Assembly: GCF_964355755.1 (NCBI RefSeq)
Contig: NC_092678.1
Location: 18,803,365 to 18,867,364 of the forward strand
Origin: Antedon mediterranea
Lineage: Eukaryota; Animalia; Echinodermata
Direction of reading: 5' to 3'
Length of the DNA stretch: 64,000 nucleotides
Positions 36,756 through 49,925 of this stretch are shown piece after piece. The notes beneath the pieces were generated by a model. The model searched no databases. It was not told where the DNA came from and was given only the letters and a program-made list of their open reading frames with translations. Within the stretch, counting starts at the first letter, position 1. Each line of letters starts with the position of its first letter. The translations under genes and the position numbers were made by a program.

Positions 36756-38570
36756 TAAGCCATGGAAAATTACAGCAGCTAGGTGGTCCATTATGTTTCC
36801 TTCTAAATTACGCAAGTGTAATGTTCTAATAGAATAGCGTATACTGCGTCCCTTTCTATAGCAGACGTAAAAACGTGTATAATTTCATTTCGCGCACTAT
36901 GGACGGCCAAAGAAGGACAATGAATTGGAGTAGGGAGGAAAAAAATGAATCTAGTCATGTTAATTAAAGAGAAGGCAGATATAATTGAGAGTAAAAATAC
37001 CGATTTTAAGACCAACGACGCCAAAACATCGGCATGGAAATACGTGAAACGTATTCACGACGCTAGATTTGGGGACATTCGTTCCATTAAACATTGTAAG
37101 GAACAATGGAAACGAATAAAGCAAAGTGGCAAAAAAGAAATTTTTTCTTTCAAACACCAATTTACGAAGACGAGGGGAGGCCCACCACCACCTCCATTGA
37201 CAGAGTTTGCGGAATTGGTAGAATCAATTATTCCTAGAGAACTTCAATCAATCAGGAACCCCTTCGACGACGACGAGGCAATTGCCGTCGCAGAACTAAC
37301 GCCAGGGGAGTATCTACTTCCTTTGGCTTCGCTGCCTTCGTCAACAATTGTATCAACAGCATCGTCAGAAACAACCATGTGAGTACATGTAAACATTGTC
37401 AATAAAATAGTAGGCCCATAGTAGGCATATGGGCCTATGTGAAGGCTACACGATTATGCAAAAGAATTAGGTCTAGGCAAACAAAAAGTACGCACTGCAT
37501 GCTGCTGTGTACGTCGTATACCCACCACAGTCCTCCAGCCTGAGCCTATCTATCCTCTGCTCCCGCCGACCCCTTGATATAGTGTGTGCACGCAGCGCAA
37601 CTGATTATATGGTGGGATAGTATCGTAGATAACCGTGGAGCATGATGCTACTGTAATCCATGGTTGCACTATTTTGTTTTAATATTTTAAAATATACCTT
37701 TCTTTATTTTAGTTATCACACAAATATACTCACTCTTTCGTTATATCACGTATGATTTGTTTATTAATAACCATGGAGTTTAGAGTTACTCCATGTTAAT
37801 AAACAACCCTTTTTTGGAAGAGTCCATTCCTGTAATTGCTACCGTTTGATTGGTGGAGGAGTACAATGTGACATGAATATGCAGGAGCTTTGTAAAAACC
37901 ATAGTCGATAAAAACACACAGATAAATAACTATAGTATATTATATATTGAATACCATTGGTTTATTAATTTGTTGGTAATTACATCGTGATAAACATTTC
38001 ATATTACAGAATTCATGAAGAAAATTGCGATGAAGACGAATCAGATCAGAGAAGACAGTTGACACCAACTGCTAATGTCATGAGGTAATTATTATGCAAA
38101 AATTGAGTACTGTATTCTATAGGACTACTAAAAATTATTTTTTACTCGGGGTACCCGAGTCTAATACTTACTCATTTTCTCCTCCACCATCTGGACACTA
38201 TTGAGTAAAAAGTGCAATTTTTAAAGTACTACTCCTCCCTTATTAGTTGTAGTATTGAGCTGGGATTTAGCATGAATATACTACAGGGACATGTCCTCAA
38301 ATCTATAGAGCCGGATTTTTAGATTTCAAACCGGATGCAGCCATATAACGTCTCGAAAATGGTACCATATAGCCGTATTTGGTAGGTTATTGATGTGTAT
38401 GTGACGTCACATCCCGTCTTATGACGTCATTACAGCTTCATTTGCTGTACCCCGAGTATCGCACATTCGTGCTTTTTACTCGGGGTACCCGAGTCTAGTT
38501 TGTTAATTAATTTGTTTAATTAAGAAGCCACAATGTGTGACACACCACACAGCGTAAGGTAGTTATATGC

Positions 38571-38643
38571 GGCTTCTTGGCGTAGTGGTTATCACGTTTG
38601 CTTAACACGCAGAAGGTACCTGGTTCGAGCCCGGGCGAAACCT
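38571..38643 (+). tRNA. tRNA-Val(AAC)-like, probable pseudogene
   Basis: A box TGGCGTAGTGG, anticodon arm TTTGC-TTAACAC-GCAGA, B box GGTTCGAGCC, oligo-T downstream. Acceptor stem has two mismatches. Confidence 0.7.
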
Positions 38644-38856
38644 TTTTTTTTTATTTTATGGTGAAAAGTACTGTATACGCAATATGATAATTATACACAG
38701 TATATCTTATTTTTATTATTTTTTTAAATAACTATTTTGTGTAATCGGTAATTATCACTTTTATACATGTTTATTTTGCTTTGTGCTTATTACCATATTT
38801 ATTTGTAATTTAAATGGATTAAAAAACTTTGTGTAACCCACATTTTTAGTGTAAGA

Positions 38857-38934
38857 GGTTTTGTAGTGTAGTGGTTGTCAAGTCTGCTTAACAACACGCA
38901 GAAGGTCCCGGTTGTTCGAGCCCTGGCGAAACCT
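38857..38934 (+). pseudogene. Degenerate tRNA-Val-like copy
   Basis: GGTTTTGTAGTGTAGTGG...GCAGAAGGTCCCGG..GTTCGAGCCCTGGCGAAACC, with insertions in the anticodon loop and T arm. Confidence 0.65.
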
Positions 38935-39663
38935 ATTTTTCTTTAACTTTATGGTGAAATATACTGTATACGTAATATGATATAGAGTATATCTCGTTTT
39001 ATTACTCGGGGTACCTGAGTCTAGCACTCTCATCTTTTCCTCTTCTTCTACCATCCAGACACTATTGAGCAAAAAGTGCGATTTATAAAGTACTACTCCC
39101 CCCTTATTCGTTGTAGTATTGAGCTCGGATTTAGCATGAATATACTACAGGGACATGTCCTCAAAGCTATAGAGCCGGATTTTTTAATTTCAAACCGGAT
39201 GCAGCCATATCACGTCTCGAAGATGGTACCGTATAGCCGTATTCGGTAGCGCGGTTAGTGATGTGTATGTGACGTTACATCCGGTCTTATGACGTCATTA
39301 CAGCTTCTTTCGCTGTACCCCGAGTATTGCACATTCGTGCTTGTTTTTTCTGACATGAATAGTAGTGCATTGTATAAAAATCTATTATTTTTTTATATAT
39401 ATTTCAGCAAATCTTTAAAGAGAAAAAAATTGGAGGATGAATGCTTTGAGATGGCCAGGGCGGAACATAAATTAAAGATGCAGTCTATGGAAGAAGAGCA
39501 TGAGATGAAAAAGGCAGAGCATAAATTAAAGATGCAGTCTATGGAAGAAGAGTGCGATATGAAAAGGCAGAAAAATAATTTACAATTAGATATTTTACAT
39601 CTTCAGTATGAAGCTGCACAAATTGAACTAGATAAGTTGAAATAGAAAGCATGAACGATTATC

Positions 39664-40073
39664 TTTCAATTCAATTCAATTCATCGACATTTTTATTCCA
39701 TAATCAAAATAAAAACATATACAAATACAATACAAATAATAAGATAATGGAATGGGATACAAAATAAGCACAAGTGCTTTAAGCATGTAACCCTAACAAA
39801 AAGATCAAACAATTAGTACAAACAAAAGAACAAACCAAAATAACATAATGTGATTTACTTAACTTAAATATTTCTATTGTTATAATATTGCTTTAATCTC
39901 TGTTTAAACAAACTTAAAGTGGGGGATTGTTTTATATAGTCTGTTAAATTGTTCCAAATATGTGTTCCTTGGTAGGAAATACATTGCTGTCCGACTTTGG
40001 TGCGTTTTAGTTGTGGACAGTAGTTTGACCTGTTTCTAGTTGAGTAATTATGGAATGAGGCAGATGTACTAAA
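39664..40073 (-). mobile_element. 3' end of the LINE at 48040-48987, truncated by the duplication junction
   Basis: Matches 48039-48448. (TTGAA)n tail. Confidence 0.8.
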
Positions 40074-40074
40074 C

Positions 40075-42833
40075 TAAATACATTATGTATAAAAGGTAAA
40101 ACTAGTTTAAAAAAAAAAAAAAAAATAATAATAATTTACCACATTAAAATTGGTCCACCTGTAAGTTAAAATAGTGCCAGCCTATTCAATATTCATCATT
40201 AATGAGTCGGACTAAAAAAGGGACTGGTGAAGATCTAAATCTTTCTGTACGACCAAACGGGATTTTGAGTAGAGGCTTACTCGCAGACCTCAGGGTTCTG
40301 CTAATGTCACGAACAGGTGGAAGAATGCTTCTAAATGTATCGGACTTTATTATTCCTTTACCAAATTTCAGTAAGAGTTGGTCTCTTTTGTTAACTAGCG
40401 ATGGAAGGTCTGACAATTTAAGAGCAGACTCGTAGGATACATAGTTCATGCCATAAATGATTCGTAGAGCTCTTTTTTGAACTCTTTCTATTGACTTAGT
40501 TTGGTCTTTCGTAATTGAACTGTGCCACACAGGGCATGCATATTCAACTAAAGGACGTATATAGCAAGTATATACTTGTAGTAAATCTTTAGAAGGCGCC
40601 TTGGCTTTCTTAAGTATAATCAAAGTGTACAAACGTCGACATGAATATGCATCTCCCATTTAAGGTTATCCTGCAAGGTGACACCAAGCAGTTTAATGTG
40701 ATTTACACATTTAAGATCATGGCCATTTAGATTGAAACTGGGAGGAGGACAGTCGGACTTTAGGAAGGCTTGGGGAGGACTCTATTTATCAAACACCAAT
40801 CATCAAGTTGATTTAAAGTGTCCTGCAACAATTGGCTATCACTACTTCTAACTACTTCACTAAGAGTGAGGTCGTCCACATATTTCCACCGCCTGTCAGT
40901 TCCCTCAGCAACATCATTGACTAATACCAAAAAGAGAAGGGGACCCAACTTCGTGCCCTGGGGCACCCCACAAGTAATATTAGAATTTGAAGAGGTGGCT
41001 CCCTTAACTTTGGTATTGCATGTGCGATTTAAGAGGAAACTACAAACGGTAGGAAGAATGGACGGCCTCACTCCTATGGATATTAATTTATTTATGACAA
41101 CATTATGATCCACACGATCGAAAGCCTTCGTAAAGTCAACAGCACATAAGTTTAAATATTTGCTACCCCCCTCCAGGTCAGATACAACAGAATTTATCAA
41201 GTCTACGAGGTAGTGTGAAGTTGACGAGCCTCTACGACAACCAAATTGCTTACTATCTAAAGAATCTTTTATATCATTAGTTACCCACTCCGCTAAAAAG
41301 CTTTCAAATATCCGAGAAAAAATGGGTGTTAGGGATATAGGCCGAAGGTCATTACAATTATTAGCATCTGGAACCTTAGGAACTGGTATTATAGTAGCCT
41401 TTTTCCATTGTTCAGGAAAATTACCTTCATTTAAAGAAGAATTAAAAATGTCCGCTAATGGATAAGAGAGTTCAAATGAGTATTCCTTAATTAATCTGAT
41501 CGGTAGATCTTCTGGGTGTCCTGCTTTTTGTATGTTTAACTTATCGATTGCAGATTTCACTTGTCCTGGGTGGGGGTTCCGATGCTGGTAAGTAACTTGG
41601 TAGTTTTGTAATGACAAGTGCTGAAAGTTCACTACAAATCGTGGCAAAATGTTGGTTAATTACTTCAACAGCCGCTTGCGTTAATAGACCAGGGATGTTA
41701 AACGTGTCCTTTTTCTTTAGATTGCAGAGATTCACAATTCCTTTGTGCCATCTAGCAGGGCTATTGCTTTTTAGACACTTTAATGAGGTCGCGTAAAACT
41801 TCTCCTTCGCGTGCGTAATTGCTCTTTGTATGGAGTTACGTATCCTTCGCCATTGTTGGGTATGGTTACTAGAAAAGGCCAACTGTCGTTCTACAATCAA
41901 TCTCTTGATTCTCGGCGTCATCCACGGCTTATCGGTTTTCTTATGGCAAATCGATTTCACGGGGAAAAAATCTGCAAATTTCCCATTAAGCACAGTAAGA
42001 AATTCATTTGTTGATTCGCTATCAAGAACATGGCACCAGTCATGGGCAGTGATCCACGATCCAAATGATCTAACCGACGAGTTACGATACGGTTGGATAG
42101 TACAAGTGGTGTAGTTAGAGGTAGGTATAACATGGATTGGTTTCAATAGTATACAACAATGGTCGCTACGTCCTAAGGGGGCCAACTTAGTGGCTTTACT
42201 GTATCTTTCCGGTCGATTCATGAACACTTTATCAAGTATGTTATTTTTCCTATGGGTAGGAAAATCAATCATTTGTTCCATACCTAATTCAGATTGCATA
42301 TAGGTAGTGTTTAGATGGTTGAAGTCACCAAGTACTATGATATTTGCCAATCTATCCATTCCATAAATACTATCAATTACATTTCCAACATGCTCTAAAA
42401 GTTGGTTGGGGTAGTTGGCAGACGGCGGGTAGTAAATAGCTCCGATATATATAGAACGCGTTTTGCTGTTCTGTGTAGAGCGATAGCTAATTTTTGACCA
42501 TAGGCATTCGAATTTGCAATCAGTATGCGTAACAATCGGATGGATTTCCAGGTGGTCCGCTGCAAAGCATGCTACGCCACCGCCGATTTTATCAGTTCTG
42601 TTTTTAAAAACGCCTTTATAATCGCAAAAGTTAACAATACCTTGTGTTTCCTCTGTTAGCCATGTCTCAGTGACTATCGCTACATCTACATTATGTTTCT
42701 TTAAGGTACAGTGAAATTCGTCTGCTTTATTCTTTAATGACCACGCATTCGTATACATAATTGTCGGTGCAGCTAAATCCCCTGTGATGCATGGGATCAA
42801 ATTTCCAATATTACGACCTTGGGTCACCTTACC
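40075..42833 (-). mobile_element. Duplicated LINE ORF2 (copy of 31706-34459)
   Basis: ORFs 40186-40659, 40760-41647 and 41541-42827 are essentially identical to copy 1. Confidence 0.92.
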
Positions 42834-42887
42834 TTCATCCTCTCTTTTACCCTAGAGGGCTCACTTCCGTGTGACAAACCCATCACA
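42834..42887 (-). repeat. Duplicated terminal fragment of the Gmr1 5' LTR followed by CAAT
   Basis: Copy of 34460-34513. Confidence 0.85.
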
Positions 42888-42891
42888 CAAT

Positions 42892-42941
42892 CTGCAGACA
42901 GTACGGTACTGTTTCGATGTTATTAGATCTCGTCAGTGCAG
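42892..42941 (-). ncRNA. Type I hammerhead ribozyme (duplicate)
   Basis: Same sequence as 34518-34567. Confidence 0.85.
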
Positions 42942-44948
42942 CTCAGGTTTCGAAATGAAATGTACCGCAGAACTGGCACAATATATAGGCTGAGCCAGGT
43001 ATGCGGGACATGGTACACTGATTATGAACACAAAGAGTGCACAAGCTCAACGAGCGTGCTTTGCAAAATATATATTTATGTGTGTCTTAATGCTGTTTGT
43101 GATTTAGGCTAATTTCACTACAAGCATGTGTATGCGAGTTTGGTGTAATGTTTATGTAACAAGCCTTTCAAATAACAATAGCTTCAGTTGACTAACAATA
43201 GAACAGCAATGCGAAAATCAAACGAGTGAATTTGAATAGGGTTTTTAAACTACTCACATCAAAAAAGGTGCACATTAAATCAAATTATGTTTTAAAATTA
43301 CAAACCAAAAATTATAACTCTTGCCTCTTGTATAAAAATGAAGTTTTTTGGACAAGTAGTTCTCGAGAAAATGCAATTTCAGTTTACTTGTTACTTTAAG
43401 GACTGTTCGCCGGCTTTTGAAAAATTCTGTCCTATATTTTAACACTCAGGTCTAAAAAGTATATTAAAAAGTGGTCCAGAAGTGGAATGGTCCTTGACCA
43501 GATATCTATTTGTATATTCATTTTGGTAAAGATCTTGTAATTACTTTTGGAGTAATCCTGCTAACAAACAAACAGACAAACAAACACACGCGACCGATTA
43601 CATATACCTCCTCCTTGGCGGAGGTAAATAAATAAATAGTGGCTGAATAAAACACCATTATACAACACACATCACAAGTGCCTTATGCTGTCCGAATAAA
43701 AATGGCAATACACAATAATTGCCTTGTTCCGATTATTCAATAAACAGTCGTCTCGATTCTTGTATTGGTATATGCTTTACAAATGTGTGGCAACATTTAT
43801 TCAAACCTAAAACAAATTTAATCAACTTAGTTTTAAGCAAAACAATACAGTTTTTAACAAATTAAATTATACTATGAATAGCTGGCTATTTTTCAATTTT
43901 AATAGTAGTTATTGTAGCTGTACAAAATAAACAATAATAATGATTTCACTTTCTTTCAAAAAGACAAAATAAACAGTTATATTTAACAAAAAAAACAATT
44001 GTCTAACCAGATAATGTGGCTATTTTTAACGTACAATTGAGATAAATAACTTTTTTTAAATTAAATTTTAAAGTGAACTGTTATGCTGGTATTAAAAATG
44101 ACATATTCAACAAAACATTTTAACATACATTTCCGGGAAAAACTATATTTAAGGATGAGTCTTTCACATTGTTAAAAATCACAACATAAACAAATGCAGT
44201 GGTCGTAATATGGCACTAGGAGATTTCTCTCTTTCTACGAGCATGATATATATATTTATTGTGAAATAAAGTGACCAATTCAATTCAAATTCAATTTGAA
44301 GCTTTACACTTAAATAATACATACGCAATCACTATATAACATTACAACAGTGTAATAATATTGCTCGACAATATTTTATCAAGTCAGTGAGTTAAGCAAT
44401 AAATACCAACCTTTTAATTTATCTCAATGGTCATCTATATATGTATATGCACATGGAGAAAGTTTACTGTATTAACAGTTATTTCATTGTTGTCGACATC
44501 TTTTTTAGCTGAAGGCTAATTGATATGGTCTACTAGCCACCAGGATAGGCCTACATCTAAAAAGAAAGATATTGAGTGTATTGTATAGCCGTCAGACCTA
44601 GCATTTGTTTATAGGAGTTGTAGACAGCCTAGCTAGGCCTAAGACATACCATTTTATAACCGTCATAATAAGTACTGTAGTTATCCTTGGCATAGTATCC
44701 AGTAATTATAATGTAGTTGAGTTCAGCACAAAGCCAGGCTAGTTAGTTTCCTATTATATGCACAAGTGGACTAAGGATCTAGATATTATGGTAAACTAGT
44801 TAAACTCTAAGGCCGGTATTCATGAAAGGGGACTATCTTAGTCCTGGACTATCCTTAGTCCTGGACTATCTAGTCGAGGACTAAGGATAATCCTGGACTA
44901 TCCTTGATATGGTATTCATGAAACCTGGACTAAATAGTCCTGGATTAA

Positions 44949-45129
44949 AGGGTCTTTCACACCTGTTCCGGCACGGTTCCGGTCCGGCGAATCGAACATC
45001 AATGTTTCGTTTTCACGCGGCTATGCGCCAATCGATATGTGCGTAGCCGCGTGAAAACGAAACATTGGCGTTCGATTGGATTTTCCGGCGCCGGACCGGA
45101 ACCGTGCCGGAACAGGTGTGAAAGACCCT
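44949..45129. mobile_element. Foldback MITE (duplicate)
   Basis: Copy of 36575-36755. Confidence 0.9.
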
Positions 45130-46944
45130 TAAGCCATGGAAAATTACAGCAGCTAGGTGGTCCATTATGTTTCCTTCTAAATTACGCAAGTGTAATGTTC
45201 TAATAGAATAGCGTATACTGCGTCCCTTTCTATAGCAGACGTAAAAACGTGTATAATTTCATTTCGCGCACTATGGACGGCCAAAGAAGGACAATGAATT
45301 GGAGTAGGGAGGAAAAAAATGAATCTAGTCATGTTAATTAAAGAGAAGGCAGATATAATTGAGAGTAAAAATACCGATTTTAAGACCAACGACGCCAAAA
45401 CATCGGCATGGAAATACGTGAAACGTATTCACGACGCTAGATTTGGGGACATTCGTTCCATTAAACATTGTAAGGAACAATGGAAACGAATAAAGCAAAG
45501 TGGCAAAAAAGAAATTTTTTCTTTCAAACACCAATTTACGAAGACGAGGGGAGGCCCACCACCACCTCCATTGACAGAGTTTGCGGAATTGGTAGAATCA
45601 ATTATTCCTAGAGAACTTCAATCAATCAGGAACCCCTTCGACGACGACGAGGCAATTGCCGTCGCAGAACTAACGCCAGGGGAGTATCTACTTCCTTTGG
45701 CTTCGCTGCCTTCGTCAACAATTGTATCAACAGCATCGTCAGAAACAACCATGTGAGTACATGTAAACATTGTCAATAAAATAGTAGGCCCATAGTAGGC
45801 ATATGGGCCTATGTGAAGGCTACACGATTATGCAAAAGAATTAGGTCTAGGCAAACAAAAAGTACGCACTGCATGCTGCTGTGTACGTCGTATACCCACC
45901 ACAGTCCTCCAGCCTGAGCCTATCTATCCTCTGCTCCCGCCGACCCCTTGATATAGTGTGTGCACGCAGCGCAACTGATTATATGGTGGGATAGTATCGT
46001 AGATAACCGTGGAGCATGATGCTACTGTAATCCATGGTTGCACTATTTTGTTTTAATATTTTAAAATATACCTTTCTTTATTTTAGTTATCACACAAATA
46101 TACTCACTCTTTCGTTATATCACGTATGATTTGTTTATTAATAACCATGGAGTTTAGAGTTACTCCATGTTAATAAACAACCCTTTTTTGGAAGAGTCCA
46201 TTCCTGTAATTGCTACCGTTTGATTGGTGGAGGAGTACAATGTGACATGAATATGCAGGAGCTTTGTAAAAACCATAGTCGATAAAAACACACAGATAAA
46301 TAACTATAGTATATTATATATTGAATACCATTGGTTTATTAATTTGTTGGTAATTACATCGTGATAAACATTTCATATTACAGAATTCATGAAGAAAATT
46401 GCGATGAAGACGAATCAGATCAGAGAAGACAGTTGACACCAACTGCTAATGTCATGAGGTAATTATTATGCAAAAATTGAGTACTGTATTCTATAGGACT
46501 ACTAAAAATTATTTTTTACTCGGGGTACCCGAGTCTAATACTTACTCATTTTCTCCTCCACCATCTGGACACTATTGAGTAAAAAGTGCAATTTTTAAAG
46601 TACTACTCCTCCCTTATTAGTTGTAGTATTGAGCTGGGATTTAGCATGAATATACTACAGGGACATGTCCTCAAATCTATAGAGCCGGATTTTTAGATTT
46701 CAAACCGGATGCAGCCATATAACGTCTCGAAAATGGTACCATATAGCCGTATTTGGTAGGTTATTGATGTGTATGTGACGTCACATCCCGTCTTATGACG
46801 TCATTACAGCTTCATTTGCTGTACCCCGAGTATCGCACATTCGTGCTTTTTACTCGGGGTACCCGAGTCTAGTTTGTTAATTAATTTGTTTAATTAAGAA
46901 GCCACAATGTGTGACACACCACACAGCGTAAGGTAGTTATATGC

Positions 46945-47017
46945 GGCTTCTTGGCGTAGTGGTTATCACGTTTGCTTAACACGCAGAAGGTACCTGGTTC
47001 GAGCCCGGGCGAAACCT
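46945..47017 (+). tRNA. tRNA-Val(AAC)-like probable pseudogene (duplicate)
   Basis: Copy of 38571-38643. Confidence 0.7.
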
Positions 47018-47231
47018 TTTTTTTTTTATTTTATGGTGAAAAGTACTGTATACGCAATATGATAATTATACACAGTATATCTTATTTTTATTATTTTTTT
47101 AAATAACTATTTTGTGTAATCGGTAATTATCACTTTTATACATGTTTATTTTGCTTTGTGCTTATTACCATATTTATTTGTAATTTAAATGGATTAAAAA
47201 ACTTTGTGTAACCCACATTTTTAGTGTAAGA

Positions 47232-47309
47232 GGTTTTGTAGTGTAGTGGTTGTCAAGTCTGCTTAACAACACGCAGAAGGTCCCGGTTGTTCGAGCCCTG
47301 GCGAAACCT
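47232..47309 (+). pseudogene. Degenerate tRNA-Val-like copy (duplicate)
   Basis: Copy of 38857-38934. Confidence 0.65.
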
Positions 47310-48039
47310 ATTTTTCTTTAACTTTATGGTGAAATATACTGTATACGTAATATGATATAGAGTATATCTCGTTTTATTACTCGGGGTACCTGAGTCTAGC
47401 ACTCTCATCTTTTCCTCTTCTTCTACCATCCAGACACTATTGAGCAAAAAGTGCGATTTATAAAGTACTACTCCCCCCTTATTCGTTGTAGTATTGAGCT
47501 CGGATTTAGCATGAATATACTACAGGGACATGTCCTCAAAGCTATAGAGCCGGATTTTTTAATTTCAAACCGGATGCAGCCATATCACGTCTCGAAGATG
47601 GTACCGTATAGCCGTATTCGGTAGCGCGGTTAGTGATGTGTATGTGACGTTACATCCGGTCTTATGACGTCATTACAGCTTCTTTCGCTGTACCCCGAGT
47701 ATTGCACATTCGTGCTTGTTTTTTCTGACATGAATAGTAGTGCATTGTATAAAAATCTATTATTTTTTTATATATATTTCAGCAAATCTTTAAAGAGAAA
47801 AAAATTGGAGGATGAATGCTTTGAGATGGCCAGGGCGGAACATAAATTAAAGATGCAGTCTATGGAAGAAGAGCATGAGATGAAAAAGGCAGAGCATAAA
47901 TTAAAGATGCAGTCTATGGAAGAAGAGTGCGATATGAAAAGGCAGAAAAATAATTTACAATTAGATATTTTACATCTTCAGTATGAAGCTGCACAAATTG
48001 AACTAGATAAGTTGAAATAGAAAGCATGAACGATTATCT

Positions 48040-48987
48040 TTCAATTCAATTCAATTCATCGACATTTTTATTCCATAATCAAAATAAAAACATATACAAA
48101 TACAATACAAATAATAAGATAATGGAATGGGATACAAAATAAGCACAAGTGCTTTAAGCATGTAACCCTAACAAAAAGATCAAACAATTAGTACAAACAA
48201 AAGAACAAACCAAAATAACATAATGTGATTTACTTAACTTAAATATTTCTATTGTTATAATATTGCTTTAATCTCTGTTTAAACAAACTTAAAGTGGGGG
48301 ATTGTTTTATATAGTCTGTTAAATTGTTCCAAATATGTGTTCCTTGGTAGGAAATACATTGCTGTCCGACTTTGGTGCGTTTTAGTTGTGGACAGTAGTT
48401 TGACCTGTTTCTAGTTGAGTAATTATGGAATGAGGCAGATGTACTAAATAAGTTATTAAATGATTCAGGTAATAGATTATGTTTATATTGATACATAAAT
48501 ATAGCAGTGTGTTTCGTATAAAGGTCAAAAATATTTAATGTTTGGGTTGAAATAAAAAGTGGATGAGAAGGATGCATAAAATGAACATGACAAATATTTC
48601 TAAGTGCTTTTTTCTGGAGAATATGTATACGGTTTAAGTTTGTAGCAGAAGTAGCACCCCATACTGTGATAGCATACGTTATTCTAGGTAATATAAGTGC
48701 ATTGTATACCGTTAACAAGATTTTACTTGATAACATAGACTTCACTTTGTTTAAGACACCAATTATTCTAGAAATACTGTTTGCTACCTCATTTACATGA
48801 AAATTAAACGATAAAGTTTCATCCAGAAATAAGCCTAGAAATTTAACTTCAGTAGCTTTTACTATACATTCATTTCCCATCCTCAATTCTAGTGAGGTAG
48901 TGTCAGCTGACTTATTTCTAGCCTTAAATATAACATATTTTGATTTGTTTACATTTAGCGTTAATTTGTTAGCAATAAACCATCTGC
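48040..48987 (-). mobile_element. 5'-truncated LINE (L2/CR1 group): ORF2 C-terminus, 3' UTR and (TTGAA)n tail
   Basis: WFIANKLTLNVNKSKY...VKFLGLFLDETLSF...YAITVWG...ILQKKALRNI (ORF 48239-48886 extended upstream). Confidence 0.88.
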
Positions 48988-49389
48988 CCTATCAACTACT
49001 TGAAGGTAGTTCATGTTCAATCACCTTAAAAACAAAATAAATAAAAAACAATATACATAATAAAAATAATATACAATATACATAATAAAAATAATATACA
49101 ATATACATAATAAAAATAATATACAATATACATATTTACAATACATACACATGCACCCACACATTACGGTTTAATACACAAAATAACAATAATAATAATA
49201 ATAATAATGACAATCAAGAAATACTATCTGATAACTAATTACAAGAAATTATTCTTACCTGCAGAAAGTTAATTATGTAGGGCTGTCAGTGTCATTCACT
49301 TCATGTGTATGTATAATCTAAAAATGTAGAAAATAAATAATTATTTAAAAACAAAACAAATATCGTTTAAATAATTACTAATACAGCCT

Positions 49390-49925
49390 ATGAAGGCCTA
49401 GCTAGAGAAAGTAGCATAACTAGGCCTAGCTAGTAGTAGGTAGTACAGTACAGGTGGTAGTAGCTAGTAGTGTAGTAGCAGCTAGGCTATGCCTTATTAA
49501 AGTACACTGTATTATACTATCACGCATGGGGGCTGGCATACCATGGAGGTAAAAAATAATATTATATTATATGATTGTTTTACCTACATGGGCATACTAT
49601 ACCTAGACTATACTACTATGCATAGGCCTACCCTAGGCGATCATAGGCTACCTAGTAGTACTAGTAGGCCATCTTAGGCCTAGCCTACCTAGACTACTAT
49701 GGTTAGCTAGTCTGACCTATTATAGGCTTAGATTGTAAGTAGGCCTAGCAAGATAGCGATATAGGGTAGGATAGGCCTAGTACTAGCAGTAATAATGGTA
49801 TGTAGCCTAGTCCTACCTCTAGGCATAGCTAGCCTAGGCCTACTTCTATTTAACATATACTAGGCTATATAGGTTAGAAGTAGGCCTCTAGCTAGGCCTA
49901 GGCTAGCTAGGCTAGGCTATGTCCA
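49390..49925. repeat. TAGGCCTA/CTAG-rich low-complexity tract inside the Harbinger element
   Basis: Dense AGGCCT/CTAG/TAGTAG motifs. Confidence 0.75.

Larger units (their letters stand above)
38140..39347 (-). mobile_element. Tandem Helentron/HINE-like elements in intron 2 of the Myb gene (copy at 46514-47722)
   Basis: Two ~340-bp units (38143-38475, 39003-39347) with the hairpin TACTCGGGGTACCCGAGT and a subterminal ACCCCGAGTA inverted repeat. A third hairpin end lies at ~38477. Confidence 0.6.
36899..39645 (+). pseudogene. Harbinger Myb/SANT accessory gene. Exons 36899-37378, 38010-38084, 39408-39645, with one extra A in the A7 run at 36939-36945
   Basis: MDGQRRTMNWSREEK/MNLVMLIKEKADIIESK...K..AW...KEQWKRIK...KTRGGPPP. 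Both introns are phase 2 GT-AG. Coiled-coil tail with a duplicated AEHKLKMQSMEEE. Confidence 0.8.
45273..48020 (+). pseudogene. Harbinger Myb/SANT gene, duplicate (exons 45273-45752, 46384-46458, 47783-48020)
   Basis: Same as 36899-39645, including the A-run frameshift. Confidence 0.8.
31706..48450. repeat. Near-identical 8.37-kb tandem duplication (31706-40074 / 40075-48450)
   Basis: Offset 8374-8375 across the body. All ORFs are duplicated. Only a few substitutions and homopolymer differences were seen. TAAATA occurs at both ends and at the junction. Confidence 0.97.

Noticed and set aside
39289-39407. N-terminus of ORF 39289-39645 (and 47664-48020)
   Set aside because: Intronic/HINE sequence. 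The coding part starts at the acceptor before 39408.
49050-49135. 27-bp AT-rich tandem repeat; also a ~47-bp tandem at 12268-12361
   Set aside because: Ordinary slippage minisatellites.
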